DNA of 64,000 bases, taken from Amoebophrya sp. A120 (taxonomy: Eukaryota; Protista; Dinoflagellata). The stretch spans positions 686,859 through 750,858 of the forward strand of contig CAJINV010000007.1 in the NCBI GenBank assembly GCA_905178155.1, given 5' to 3'. Shown piece after piece: positions 50,701 through 63,501 of the stretch. The position numbers and the translations under genes are program-made. Every line of letters starts with the position of its first letter. The first letter of the stretch is position 1. Below the pieces are notes generated by a model. That model ran no database searches, was not told the DNA's origin, and worked only from the letters and a program-made list of their open reading frames with translations.

Positions 50701-53700
50701 TGCACAGAAAGGACCACGAGTTTCTGATATCCAAGAAAAAAAGACTGTAGGTGTAACTTTTTTGGCTGATCAGCATTACAAAGCTGTCTGGCATGACAGC
50801 AGAAACCTGTCATGCGGAGATAGCATGTCAAAACGCGCTTGAATTTGCCTTGCAATGCATGTCCAGCATGACAGACGCAATCGTCTTAAGTGTTGCGCAT
50901 CACACACTTACACTAACAATGTTTTTTTCCGGCATCTTTGACCACCCGGGTGCAGTATTTGGAGTCCGAGAAGATGGAGAGGGACAGGATGGAGACTGAT
51001 TTGGGAAAACTGCGAATGGTTCTCGAAGAAAAAGACCGGGAGCTGGAAGTACTTTAATTGTTTCCTCCTTAGTCTGGTTTAGGCACTATCCACCTTGGTC
51101 TGGTGACCTGTTCTAGCACAGCACCGATTGTTGATTCTTGCACGACAGACTCCTGTACCAACGGCTTTTTCTTTTTGCATCCATTCTTGGTCCCTCTGCT
51201 GCCCATTTCACCGCATGGAGTAGTTGTAGACTGCAGGACTATACTAATACTTCTGTAATCCAATGAAATTAAAAATCAAAATTAATACAACGACCTGTAT
51301 CACAGCTTAAGCTCACCGAAGCCAAGAAGCTGCTGGACATCGGTCCCGGTGGAAACCTGTCCGCTAAAAACCTCTCCGGTCTAGATCGAAATGCTGCTGG
51401 TAAGATCGACAACGAGCAGCTGAAACTGTTGGAAAAACTTCAGCCCGTCAACGTGCACTTACCGGGGAAGAATTTGGATCTGTCTTCGGAAAACAAACTG
51501 CGGTTCTTCCGGCTACTGTGCGCAACTGTGGACGAGGAGACTTCCAATACCGTCGGCGCTGGGGCCTCAACTGCTGGGGACCACAACTTACTCTTCCAAA
51601 ACGAGGAACTAGAAGTCTACTGGCTCCAATCTTTCCCCTACAACAACGATGACTTCTACCACCACGCGGAGAGAGGTTTACTCGCCGGAAGGATCGATCT
51701 TAAACTAGTTTCCCGCGGGTTCGAGTCCATTCATTTGAAGTTATCAACTGCAAATATGTCGGGAAGAGGACAAGTTTGTCATGCACATTTTCCATGATCC
51801 ATGAAGATGTCTGTAATGTATTCCCTAGCATCACAGATTTTTTGAGCGTTTACCGATGCGCAACCCGCATGACAAATGCTCTTTTCGCGTAGCCAAATTT
51901 ATTGACTCCTCTTGCTGGGCATGCAGTGCAGATTTTTTTATAGAATCCAAAGGCAGCATCACAAGTTCCAGACCCAGACATATTTGCAATGCATAGAAGT
52001 GCACCAACAACGACGTGAAGGGGCTGAAGGTAAGTAAAAGTACATTTGACATGGACTGCCGATGAGAGATTGCATGTTCTTGTGCTCTTTCTTGTCATGC
52101 CTACTAAATATAGTCGCATGAAATTATAATTGAAAACGCTCTCCATCTCCACAGGTGGTTCCCCTCCCCATTTCCGCGGCCGCAAACACGTCCACCGCTG
52201 AAAACGGGCCCCCGCAAGTGATCATCCAAACTATCTGTGTAGAGTTGCTAGAGCTGGTCGAGGCGCATCCTTTTGTGAAGTGCGATATCACGGTATTGGA
52301 CTCAGCGACAACGGCAACCTCGAAACCGGTATGACAGTGCGCAGCTCCCCCTCCCCCTCATTTGTCATGCAAAAACCCAAATCCAGTCGCATCGCTGCCT
52401 TGTGGCACTGTTTGCATGAGAGACTCCGGAAGCCCAAACAGGACCACACCAGGCACGCAAATTTGTCATGTGTTCGCTGCACGTGTACTGGTGTTTGTAA
52501 TGCTGTTAATGCCATACAAATGAGGGGGAGGGGGGGTTCTTGTGCACTCTCATAACGGGATCGGGCACAACACGAGTGCACGTTCGCGCTGCCCATTATC
52601 CTGTTGAAATTCGTTCTACCCTGGGAATTATGCACTGCAAACATATGTTGTACATCTTTCTGGGTTTCTGCGTTCAGGAAAGCTGCACCAGGTGCATATA
52701 TCTTTTTGATGCTCATCTCAACTATCAGTCACACAAAAATCTTCTGTTGATGCGCGTGAGAAGCAAAGCTGTCCATTTTAGGCCGCCTCGGGACGACAGG
52801 ACGTCTCATGCTACAGAGCACTAGGCATTGCAAAGCTCATCCTCATGTCAGCATAAAACTTGTGATAGTACTTCTCTTGTACTTCTACTTGTTCGCCGTA
52901 TTTTTCGAGACCTTCTGATCTGAGCCATGCCAGCAAGCCTGTCTGACATTCCACTCCACTTGTCAGACGGACCCAGATGATCGATATCGTTTGCAGTGGA
53001 TAGGAATGCTTGCCGCAGGAACTAAGCCGGCACATGGCAAGTTGCGTGCGAGAAGACTCGGGAAACATGGTTTCTGGGATGAGTAGCGGAGTGCAAACGA
53101 AGTTTAAATTTATTTCTGGCAGCTAGTAATACACGTGACCCAATTTGTTCTTCAGTAAGTCGTTGCCTCGAAGTGGTCGTTTGCATTTTTTTCTTTGGCA
53201 AGTCGTGCTTCTCTCATAGTCCTAGGGAGGACGAGGATTCGACGAGTTGTGTTGGAACTTGTGATGCTAATGCTAGATTTTTAAATTTCAGAGGCATAGT
53301 GCAGCAGGGAACTAGGTCGTGCAGAGTATGATTACTAGCTACGCTGAAAATAAGTATCTTTCTCTCCATACTCTTGGATCTGAGCTCCGTGCCGGATAAC
53401 AAGGCGAGAACGGCGTCGAAGGTAAAGTGCAACAAATTCATATTTGTCATTATGTATGAATCAGAAAAACTAGATCGTGATTTTTTCCCATGCACCAGCG
53501 CGACCGATTACTTTCTTATCTATGTTTGTAAAAGCAGTAAAAGCGTGAAACAAATCAACCGAAAATAACCCGCAGGCCCCGCCGCCCGGCGACCTGATTA
53601 CTGGCGAAACGTTTCCAACCAAATTCCTCACACTGTATCCTGAGAAAAAACGTCCCCACCCCACAGTCAAGATGGGAAATCTGCTAGACAAAGCAACAAG

Positions 53701-54161
53701 CTTTGGCACTTGCGCATGACAAATTTGGCGCTGTAGTGTAGTCGTGTTTAGCTAGTGCACCAGCATCACAGGTGTATTCTATCAGTCTGATTGAAGCATC
53801 ACAAATCTCCAAACACGACTAGAAATTGCTTCTCATGGGGCTCCGCTTCAGAAAGATCTTCAGCATGCCGATTTGCATGGCAGCTATGGGCGAGGACGTT
53901 TTTGCATAGGATATGCTGGGGGGACTCTTCTGCGAGATCGAACGGAAGCGAAGTGCGAATGGGAACACGGAGGTTTGCCTCGGGAGTTCGTTAGTCAAGC
54001 ACGGCAGCTTGACTGAGCAGGATTTGCACATCGGGGTGAAGATTTCCTCGAAGGGCAATTTGATCGAGGTTTACTCCTACAACCGGAAACTGTCGAACAT
54101 CGTGCTGGCTTTGCTGCTGGACTTCTACTCCTATTGCTGCGTTCATCTGCACGAGATGTGA
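47780..54161 (+). CDS. Coiled-coil protein with a C2-like segment and an alpha-adaptin appendage-like C-terminus; 12 introners plus several GT-AG introns (47909-48081, 51049-51305, 52030-52154, 53422-53575)
   Basis: MACFGGGKLKKERDALAQQ.. coiled coil; FEAYDGD..LLIG; RFFRLLC..LLFQNEELEV..GRIDL; FALPIILLKFVLPWE (compare alpha-adaptin LKLPVTINKFFQP). The junction at ~53118-53373 could not be resolved. Confidence 0.6.
47943..48066. mobile_element. Family C introner remnant lacking its right TIR, inside a GT-AG intron
   Basis: Left TIR TATGAACTGCAAAAGTATCGTACTC plus a family C body; no right TIR or DR. Confidence 0.75.
48147..48404. mobile_element. Introner, family A
   Basis: DR AACGT. Confidence 0.92.
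48511..48772. mobile_element. Introner, family A
   Basis: DR GCAAA; reverse-orientation sister of the 24725 copy. Confidence 0.92.
48822..48974. mobile_element. Introner, family C
   Basis: DR ATTTG. Confidence 0.85.
49110..49323. mobile_element. Introner, family G
   Basis: DR CGACG. Confidence 0.9.
49405..49635. mobile_element. Introner, family G
   Basis: DR GACCA. Confidence 0.86.
49940..50248. mobile_element. Introner, A-like (degenerate)
   Basis: DR CGAGA. Confidence 0.78.
50307..50613. mobile_element. Introner, family I (single copy in this window)
   Basis: TIR TATGGATGTGTCAGAATCGAAATCAACAAAATCG / CGATTTTGTCGATTTCGATCCTGACACTCCCATA; DR CGGGG. Confidence 0.88.
50728..50936. mobile_element. 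Introner, family G
   Basis: Ends in ATC; DR TCTGA/TTTGA. Confidence 0.8.
51742..51995. mobile_element. Introner, family A
   Basis: DR GAAGT. Confidence 0.88.
52330..52554. mobile_element. Introner, family E
   Basis: DR ACCGG/ACGGG; opposite orientation to the 29650 copy. Confidence 0.88.
52629..53002. mobile_element. Introner, A-like (degenerate)
   Basis: TATGCACTGCAAAC / GTTTGCAGTGGATA; DR GGAAT. Confidence 0.82.
53636..53913. mobile_element. Introner, family D
   Basis: DR CACTG/TGCTG. Confidence 0.82.
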
Positions 54162-54967
54162 TAGATTATTACATACTGTTGAACTCTTCCGCGAGGCTAT
54201 TTTCTAGTGCCTTGACATTTCGGCTGCAGCGAGTTAAAGGAAAGGCGGCACTGCGATAGGATGAAGCGCTTTCACTTGTTTAGTGCCGTCTACTTGCAGC
54301 CTAAGCCTTCCACAACGCCGCCGGGATCTTTTCTCAAGTTGTATCATGCTGTTTAATATATTACGCAAAGAACAAATACTAAATAGTAAACGCCATCTCT
54401 AGGTGCTGCTCCAGGCGGTAAGTATCTTCCCATTTGTTTGAAATAAAGTACACGCTAGCTGTCGCTGTGCAAGAAGTTCTACTATGCTGGTGTAAGGAAC
54501 TGCAGGAGACCAACAACATGACCAGGTTCTTTTTTCAAAGTACGTATCGCGCTTTACTTTTCATTATTTGCAAACAAAAAAAGGAAAGTGTAAACAACGT
54601 GAAAACACAATTACAGAAAGAAGTACTACACTTGCAGCCATCGCTTCGTAAAACAAGCGAGCAGTGAGTTGTCAAAGCCAGTGGCAACGATCAAAATGGC
54701 AAATCAAAATCAAGAATTGTGAAGTACTTACTTTCACAAAAAGAATTCGAATTCCAGAAGCACAAAGAAGTAGTTTTTCTTCTCCTACTACATCTGCGTT
54801 TGATTGTTCCGCGGTATCTACACACGTCGAAATTATAACGAGCGAAGAGGGGCACGGGCAGTAGAGTGATCTGCGTACAACTACAAACTTATACTCACCT
54901 TCCCGTCCTGAAGAGATAGAGAACAAAAATAAACGAGCTATTTCTCTATCAGAACAATAAAAAGAAA

Positions 54968-57900
54968 ATGTCGCACGGCAAAAACGAATCGTCAACTCGC
55001 TTTCGCGGACGACTACTGGTTGTTTGTTGCGCGTGGAGGCTCTTACGGCTGTTTGTTTCTGCTACTGGTGCCACAGCACCGCTTGTTGATGACCGAGCGG
55101 CTTCAGCTTCGGGCAACAAGTACTACATCGAGGAGTCACGACTTGTACATACGCCCGGTGGTCGTACCCGAAATCTGCTTGAGGTGTTGGAGAACTGCCC
55201 AGATCGACGAGTTTCTGCTCCTGAGGTCGTCGTGAAAGATGTTGCGACTCTGAAAGATGGAGAAGGTGGAGGCGCGGACGGCGATCCTCATCGCATGAGA
55301 GGAGATGCCGAACCACAAAAAAAGAAACCCCAGCCTGGCCACGACACGCGCCCTGATAATCACAATATTCACTTGATGTTCGAAGAGCGAGAAGAGGAAG
55401 ACTCAGACTCTCCGAATAATTTTTCCACGCCACCACCACAGAAGGTAATCCACGGCGCCATGAGGAAGCTGATGAGGTCCCTAGACTGGGCGCGGGCGGA
55501 TTCTGTTTCTGCTCCTGAAACAACGGGAGAAGTAGGTAGTTCTGACAGAACGTCACACGAAGAGCGCCAAATCCTCCTGAATCGTGAAGTTCTGCTGAAA
55601 CACTTCGTGATGGGAAATCCTTCAGGCGGTGAAGGTGGTGGTGGTCTAACCTCTTCCGCTGCCGTTGACACCAGGACATCACTGCCGGAAGACCATGAAG
55701 ATCATGCGGCCGTCCGCGAGTTGTCCGCTCTCGAAAAAGCCGTGGAATTCATTATCGAAACAAACCTGCCGCAAGTCTGTTCCCCTCCCTGCACCAGCTC
55801 GGCGCACCTGGCTGACTGGAGTGCGGTGTTGCAAGTTTTTGACGACCACTGTCCGACAAATGCACGGAGGAATCTGGACCGGTATGTGCTGCCGTTTTAC
55901 GGGTTTTATGAGGGAACAAAGAGCATCAAGACGAGCCCTACTGAACAAGAGCATCTTCACGACGGGGGGGAAAAGAAGTGTGGAGCTGGTGGGGAAGGTT
56001 CGCAAGGAGTTGTTCCAGATGAGAACACGACGACAAATTGTGTTGATCTAGAGGACGACGAAAGGGAAGAACCAGGACGAGTTCTATCAACAAGAAGCCC
56101 CAATACTAAAAGCTCTTTCTGCCTCCGCGGACTCATCGACGCCTTGCTGATGGACTCGATTTTGAAATGGCAAACGTCCTTCCAGTTCGCGTTTCGCTCA
56201 TTGTACTTGGCGTTTTTACTCCACGGGTACGCCAATGTGTTCACGGTGGCGGTGGATCATGTTTTTAACATGAAAACTCTGGGACGACGACGACGAGAAC
56301 AAAAAACGAAGTCCCGCATTCATTTCTCCGACATCATCCGCAACCTCAATAGCCCCGCGGCGGATGGCTTCGTGCTGTATCACAACCCAGGTGGAACCAG
56401 AACCAGCGCCGGGGGCCAATCAGCTGGAACTACATCGATAGGAATCGGAAACGCGTTCGCGTCCTCTGGGATGGAGAGTTCCAACAACTTGTGATGCTAA
56501 AAATCCCTGGAGGAGCGAGACAAAAAATTCTATTGCCTGATTGCCAAACCGCAATGCCCACTTGTTCCTACACAAGTAGCGAGTTTTCTTTCATGCAGGC
56601 AGAACCTGTAATTGTAGTAAATGAAAATGAATGCTTGGCGTGCGTTTCAGACCATCTGATTTATCTGCTCCTGCAGATCATGCATGCTGAAGAAAAAGTG
56701 TGCTCTACAACTTCCAGACCCAACAGACGTAGTTGCATTTGATAATCAACCTTGCCGGAAGAAAATGCGGGAAAAAAATCGGATTCCTCACTACGCCTGT
56801 TCTTGTCGCCGGAAGGGGGGCACCAACATGCAAGCGCATTGGAGTACTACTGGCGGCGGTTAGTCAGTCAGCTTGGCCTAGCTGACGGGGGGGACGATGA
56901 TCTCCGGCTCCTGCTTCCGGAAGTAGATTTTGATGAACACGAAGTTCTTGCAAAGAATGATATCATCATCTCCACGAGCAACATGGCTCCACCCTTTGAC
57001 CTCCCGATGTACGCGCGGGGGCTCCTGCTCGTGGGCTCGTCGAATAACTTCTTTTCTGCACCACATGGTAGTACAGGTAGTACTTCATCTGCTGCTTCTG
57101 CCAAACAAGGCAGCGACGTCCTCTCCGCCTTTTTCCACCGACGTGAACAAGAATTCTCGGCGCGGCTTTTCGATGAAAAAGCTGCAACAGCGGCTCGTTC
57201 TACTTCTGCGACGCACGTCATCGAAATTTTTCAAATCGACACCCACACGGCTTGCGCCGGGGAGTTCAAGCGGATGCTGTCCGAGTTTGAAGATGAAGAG
57301 TTCAGTAGTGCACCAGTTCTGCACGAGGACCAGCATGACAAGAAACGCACCCCGTTACCTGCTGGAAGTAGTACAACCCCCACCACCACACATCAACATG
57401 TTGAGAAAAAGATCCGATTCCGCTGGCACGGATACTCCCTGGCTAAAAACATCTGTCACAACTTCGGTTTGTGCAACGGCAAGGCAGAAATCCGAGACCA
57501 GTTTCGGGAAATTTTCGAGGCCATATGAACTGCAAAAGTATCGTACTCGTATAAATGCATTACAAATTTCCTCAGCATGAGAAAGAAAATATGCGGATTT
57601 GACTTAGCAAAAGGATTTGTAATGCATGACTGCAATTATACCTGTACGATCCGTTTGCACAGGATAGGCCAACCGGCGAAACGAACTGGATTTTTTGGCG
57701 GCAAAGAAAATGGTGATAGAACTTTTCCACGAGAAGATCGTGGAAGATGGAACAACGGAAACAAGACGCCAAATTGATTTCGTTCTCTGCACCCAGCCAA
57801 TTTCCTTCTGCAGGTTCTTTTTGGATCTTGAGGGAAAAAATACCAAAGTAGTGCACAACCAGTACCAGCTGGATGAAAGGGAAAATTTCAAAACCGGCGA

Positions 57901-60492
57901 GGACCTCCACGTCGAGGCTGCGGCGCTAGCGGCAAATGGAGGTGTCGGCCGCGGGAAAAACATGTGGACACCAACCGGACGAACTACACGAATCATGATT
58001 TACATCGGCTTGCCGCTGATGTGGATGCTGCCAACGGAGCCGAGCTGTATTTTTCAGATCGAAACTGGTGCAACTGAGAGCGTTCCTACTAGCGAACCCG
58101 AAATGGGACAAGGCGTCGAAACTCAGCCACTGACGGGCAAAGATGCGTGGGGCGCCGCGTTTCGGAGACTCCTGCTGGTGCCTGAGGCACCAGCTGCACG
58201 ACGAGAAGATGCTGGTGGTCCGGACGAGAGCACGTCAAAAATCACTCGATCCAGCCTATGAACTGCAAAAGTATCGTACTCGTATAAATGCATGACAAAT
58301 TTCCTCAGCATGAGAAATAAAATTTGTAATGCGGATTGACCTTAAGAAAAGGATTTGTAATGCATGATAGCAATACGAGTACGATACTTTTGCACAGGAT
58401 ACAGCCTTGTCTTCGCCAATTCTCTGTTTGCACAGGAAATATCAAATGTAAAAATGTCTGGGTCTGGAAGGTTGCAACTTGTCATGCTAAATCTGAAGCA
58501 TGCAAAAATCTGTGCTGCGTGATTACCAAAAGTCGTCCAGTTTTCACCAAGTCGGAAGGGAGTTTCTCCTCCGGGATAGGCATGAGAGAGATCGCACAGA
58601 ATCTGTCATGCTAGGTCCTGCATTCCAAACCTCATGGGTCATGGAAAAGCAGCATGGCAAGTCGCGCATTCTTCCAGACCCAGATATTTTTGCATTTGAT
58701 AGGAAACTTTTGGCTACCAGTTCGGTTTCCGGCCGGGTGCTCTTGGGGTCGAGACCAAGAATATACGTCGTCCAACCTATCCGGTAATTCCGCTCGTGCC
58801 AATGCTTGGGCTGCATGTTCTGGATCACATAAAAATCGCAGGAGATCAAGATCATGTAGTAGACAGCACTACGACAAACGACGCCCCTGTTCATCTTCGA
58901 GGCGACATCAAGAGAACCGGCAAGAAGAACCAGCCTCGAGGTGGAGAGCTTCTCATCGGTCGCTCTGGCATGAACGGATACCTGGTGGAGTGTCTACTCG
59001 GCTCTGCTTTGAGGCTCCTGGCCGATATTAACGAAGCTCCTCGCCGAGTAGAAAATAAAGCAGAAGGGACGATGGACAAGAGGACGATGGTGCAGCAGAG
59101 TAGATCTACGACTTCTGCTGTTGTAACTACAGGAGAACGGGAAATCGGAAGCGACGACGGTCTCCCGTCCCCTTGGTCTCTGCAACTCCTAGAGGATTTC
59201 CTGGCGGAGCAAAGTAGGGAGCAGGAGAAGAGCGCTGTTTTTAACGCAAGTCATGTATCATCTTCTTCAACCAGCGAAGCGACACCTCCAAATTCGTCGG
59301 CTGGTTCATCATCGTCCAAAAAATGGACCGAAATCCGCACGCCGCAGTTCCCGTACGAAAAGCTAGCAGAGAAGTTTCACGCCGCGGTGCTTTTTCCCTA
59401 CGACGCGGCGATTTTTCTGTTCCACGAACTCTACCTGCTCTGCGTGCCGATCCTGCTGCCGGTAGACGTGTGGCGGTACATGCAGGGACCGCTGACGCAC
59501 CCAGACATGGAGTGGCAGGCCGCGGCAAGATATGCAAGAAAAAAATTGTGTAGGTGTAGCTTTGTAATGCAGAACATGCAACAGAGTATACACCTGTCAT
59601 GCCAGACAACCATGAAGTCCTGGGCTCATGTGTGTTTTCCCTGGCAAGCCACGCATGACAGGTTTTGTTGTTCTCTGTCACGTACATGCAAATTTGTGAT
59701 GCTGTCAGCCAAAGAAAGTTAGAGTTACACTAACACAGTTTTTTTCTTCGATACAAGACTGGTTTTCTTCACTAGAAGTCCAGAACTTGGTGGAGACGAT
59801 GATGAAATAAACCTCCCTACAACTTCGCCTCACGTCGAAGGCTCCGTGAAAAGCAGTAAAGCAACGCTAGAACAACATGAACAACAGAAACAAGTACTAG
59901 AGGCAGAGGAACAGGAACACGACGAGGCACAAGAGCTACGATTTTCTCCGTTCCAATCGAGCAAGATCGAGCTGCACCGACCGCTGGAATACGATCGGGC
60001 GAATATGAACTGCAAAAGTATCGTACTCGTATAAATGCATGACAAATTGTTCCCTCAGCATGAGAAAAAAAAATTGCAATGCGTATTTACCGTGAGAAAA
60101 AAATTTGTAATGCATGATTGAGTGGGATACTCTTGCACAGGATAGCGAAGTATTGGGAACGTTTTTCGAACTTCTACTTCTTTCCGCACGTCCTGTATTT
60201 CAAGTCCGTGGCCGAAATCGCACACGAGATCTTACCGAACCTCTATAGCCCTCCCGCAAATCCAGGACCTTATCAAGGTCGTGGTCGTGGGGAAGTAGAT
60301 GACCAGCTGGGGGAACCTGGTCCTGGTAGTGAAGCCGCACAAGAAGTAGAAGAACCCGGACAACGACGTCCCGGCGTCGCTGCGGACTCTTTGCGGCAGA
60401 AAATGGCGGAATTCAACAAGAAACACGTCCGAGCTGTACGGCAAGTGTGGCGCGCCATCGTGTTTCAAAGAATCGTAGGGTCTGCAGCATGA
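54968..60492 (+). CDS. Large secreted/membrane-anchored protein, possibly glycosyltransferase-like; 6 introners
   Basis: N-terminal hydrophobic stretch. ORFs 54968, 56752, 57695, 58796, 59846 and 60118 join in frame. Motifs FHAAVLFPYD..FHELY..VPILLP and YWERFSNFYFFPHVLYF. The function is inference only. Confidence 0.6.
56439..56744. mobile_element. Introner, family A (degenerate left end)
   Basis: DR ATCGA/ATCAA; frame restored. Confidence 0.7.
57524..57666. mobile_element. Introner, family C
   Basis: DR GGCCA. Confidence 0.9.
58257..58401. mobile_element. Introner, family C
   Basis: DR CAGCC. Confidence 0.92.
58440..58701. mobile_element. Introner, family A
   Basis: DR GGAAA. Confidence 0.92.
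59531..59753. mobile_element. Introner, family G
   Basis: DR CAAGA. Confidence 0.9.
60004..60144. mobile_element. Introner, family C
   Basis: DR GCGAA. Confidence 0.9.
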
Positions 60493-62353
60493 ATGATCAT
60501 CATATAATTTGGGAACTACAACAAGTTTATAGATGCGCCTTGCCGGTGCCAGGCCTACTGCTTTCACCAGCAGATATTATTCGATCGATGACAAGACGAG
60601 CTTCACACGCGGTGTTGAACATGCTCTTGCGGTATTACTGGCTGTTTTTGGGGCACAGATAAAACGTTTCTACTTGGGCCGCAGGTGCAGTGAAAGGAGC
60701 CACGAGCCAAGCAAGATGAGGACTTAGAATCATCGTTATTGTTTTCTTTGTCCTCTTCTTCTCTATTTACAATTCCGCTAGTAGAGTGCAACATCTCATT
60801 CGTTGCGTTCAGTCGTCGAGAATGTTGTCTCTCATCTTCAAGAAAGAAATGACAATTTATTTTGTACGATTGGAGAAAGTTCTTCGACTTTCAGCAATGG
60901 AGAACCTGAAGGAGCTGCGTCAGTGTGTTTAGATGAACATGAACTACGGAAATAGAACACGAGACCGCTCTTCGTAGAAGGGTTAAAAGTTTTCCGGTCC
61001 ACAAATAATAAATTCGTGGTCAGGTTGTTCTTGTAGTTCCGGTCCAGCTCTAAGCTGTGAGCTCAGCTGCCAGAGCAAAGTGGAAAAAACATAATTCTCG
61101 CACAGCCACTACGACTACGCGGTATGATTGGTAGTTGAAAACTACGAGAACAAAGTAGATCATGAGTGCCACAACTTGCTATCAAACTATAGCTCTCCTG
61201 CACCTCCTTGTTATCAAAAATGCCGCTCCAGAGGTGGCGGTCGTATTTACTTGTAGTACCTCCAGCTGATCGGTTGTCATTCTATGGTTGGAGTGCGACG
61301 TTTCAAATATCAATTTCACTCCCCCCTAGGGTTAACTGTAACTTCCACCTCGGTGGTGATTGAGAGTTTTTCGGTTCCTGCACCTGGTCCTGCCACTGCC
61401 TCCACAGAAGTCGTCACTTAATATCTTGCTCGTCACGAAGATTTTTGCACCATCTTCGGTCGTCGTGTTAGTTCGTGGTATCTGCAGATCGGAGCTGCGT
61501 GCGCCCGCCTTTCGGTCTGCATCTGCTCCGACAAGCAGCGTCATCGGTCTACTACGCGTATGCATGGTGCGCACTTCGTTCCCGGCGTGAAATAAATCCT
61601 ATGCTACAACATACTCGGTTCTATCAATCTCTTTTCGTGGTAGCGGCCGCTTTGTGGTAGTGTAAGTTGTGAGGTATGCCACGTTTGATATCCAGCACAA
61701 TGATGACATGAAGGAGCAGCTGCAGCAGATGATCGCTTGCGCATGCAGTCATGACACTGTTGTATTAATAAAAAAACAAAATTTTTATGTCTTCCCGACA
61801 CCTGCAGGAGATTTCAAAAATACGCAAAAACTTTGTTTAAGAAACGAATACACCCACTAAAACCGAAATCCAAATCTAAGCACTACCCTCAAGCATTACT
61901 AAAGTACTTTCAAAAACTACTTCCTCGACTATACTTGTTCAAAACTCGAATTCTCGCACTAAAAACATCCCTGATAACAACTAATTCTCGCACTATCACT
62001 AAACTCGAATAAGTTTCGCACTAACACCCCTGACAACAACAAAACCAACAATTTTCACGTCTCGCTCGGGCGCTGGAGGACACTACCGCAGCTTGAAATC
62101 GAACCTGCATCTTCGCACGAGGAGTACTGTCGCGCTTGCGCAGGAGTAAGAGTCAAAAACTGACCGCAAACAAGGAGTACACATCTTCGCACTTGAAGAA
62201 ACGAGGAAACGTTGCAAGCAGTGCTCGTCTACTCCCCCGCATCTCGTCCCGAGAGGAGGCACAACGAGATCGCACTTGTAGTACAACTACATCAACAAGA
62301 AGCGCAGCCGCCGGCGACAAGAACGACTCCTCGTCTTTGTCCCCGGCAAGAAA

Positions 62354-62861
62354 ATGACGAAGGCGAAGATGAAAAGCAACATCTTCGCCGCTTGTGGGCT
62401 TTGGCTTGCTTCCAGCAGCGACAACTTGTTGCTCACGACCTCCACGATCTTTGTGGGAGCGACGCGTTTGGAGACGACCGAAGAAAAATTTCTGAAGCGG
62501 CGGGACGAAGGGGAAGCGGAAGCAGCTATCGCAAGAAAAAAGTGTATACGGGATACACATTGTGTTGCAGGAGCCGCAAGACAGACAACCTTTGCCATGC
62601 CAGAAATGCTTGCGAGTGCGAACTTCATTTCGTACTAGTACGTGTTTTCATCCCTTGGGATCTCTGCATTGCAAGTTTTCCCTGCCACACAGATGAGAAA
62701 ATTTGTGTTCGGTGAAGTTCCAGCAAATGTGTAACTGGAGCACTTTTTTCTTGTGATAGCAGCTGGTGGCTCTCTGCCAGGGGAAGCAAGCGACCAGCAC
62801 GAGCAGCAGACCAACGTGCAGCACGACCACGGAAAGCATCCTGCGGGACAAGGCGAAGACA
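62354..62861 (+). CDS. 5' exons of a hypothetical protein; 3' part unresolved or disrupted
   Basis: MTKAKMKSNIF..EAEAAAGGSLPGE..GED is in frame across element 62527. The next element is interrupted by an insert. Confidence 0.5.
62527..62758. mobile_element. Introner, family G
   Basis: TATCGCAAGAAAAAAGTG / CACTTTTTTCTTGTGATA; DR GCAGC. Confidence 0.88.
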
Positions 62862-63145
62862 TATCGAATGCAAAAGTGTCTGGGTCTGGAATGTTGCCAG
62901 GTTTGTCATGCATATTTTGCATGACTCCTGACGTCTGTGATTGATGCCCTAGCATCACAGATTTTGTGAGGGCTTTCTGATGCCTATGCCGCATGAGAAA
63001 TGCCCTCTCGCCGGGGCAAAAACTGGACCGCTTTATTTGCTGTTCATGCAATACAGATTTTTGTAGCATCCAAATGCAGCATCACAAATTATTTGCTGTT
63101 CATGCAACACAGTTTTTCTCCTGATTCAGATTTAGCATGACAAGT

Positions 63146-63192
63146 CGTAAAGAAAGAACTTCGTAAAGAAAGAACTTCGTAAAGAAAGAAAG
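63146..63192. repeat. 16-bp tandem repeat CGTAAAGAAAGAACTT, ~3 copies
   Basis: Read directly. Confidence 0.85.
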
Positions 63193-63501
63193 AAGCAAGC
63201 ACTTCGTATTTTGAAAGCGTCGCGCTTCGTAAAAGCACTTCGTTTGTTGGAGTCGCTACGTGATGAGGCAGATAGCTCATGTAGAAATAAGCAGCAGATA
63301 CTTCAACGCGTGCGCAGCTTGCGGGGGGGTGACTCCTGTGGTCCCCCCCCACTCGTTGCGCCTTTTTCCAAAACTGCAGGGACTTGCTTCCTTTTTTTTC
63401 CAGCAGTGGCTGGCGGGGTAAGATCAAGGCCGGGGCTAGTGACATTGTTGCAAAGTCATAGGGCGCAGAGTCTGATAGCAGTAGCACACGGTATCCGGGT
63501 A

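Noticed and set aside
61860-62050. C/A-rich tract with short TCGCACTA repeats
   Set aside because: Irregular, low-complexity repeats with no assignable function.
2776-63069. Many short ORFs sharing peptides such as PDPDIFAFD, FQTQTYLHLI, KCKNVWVWK and SNAKMSGSGR
   Set aside because: They are translations of the family A TIR in different frames, not a protein repeat family.
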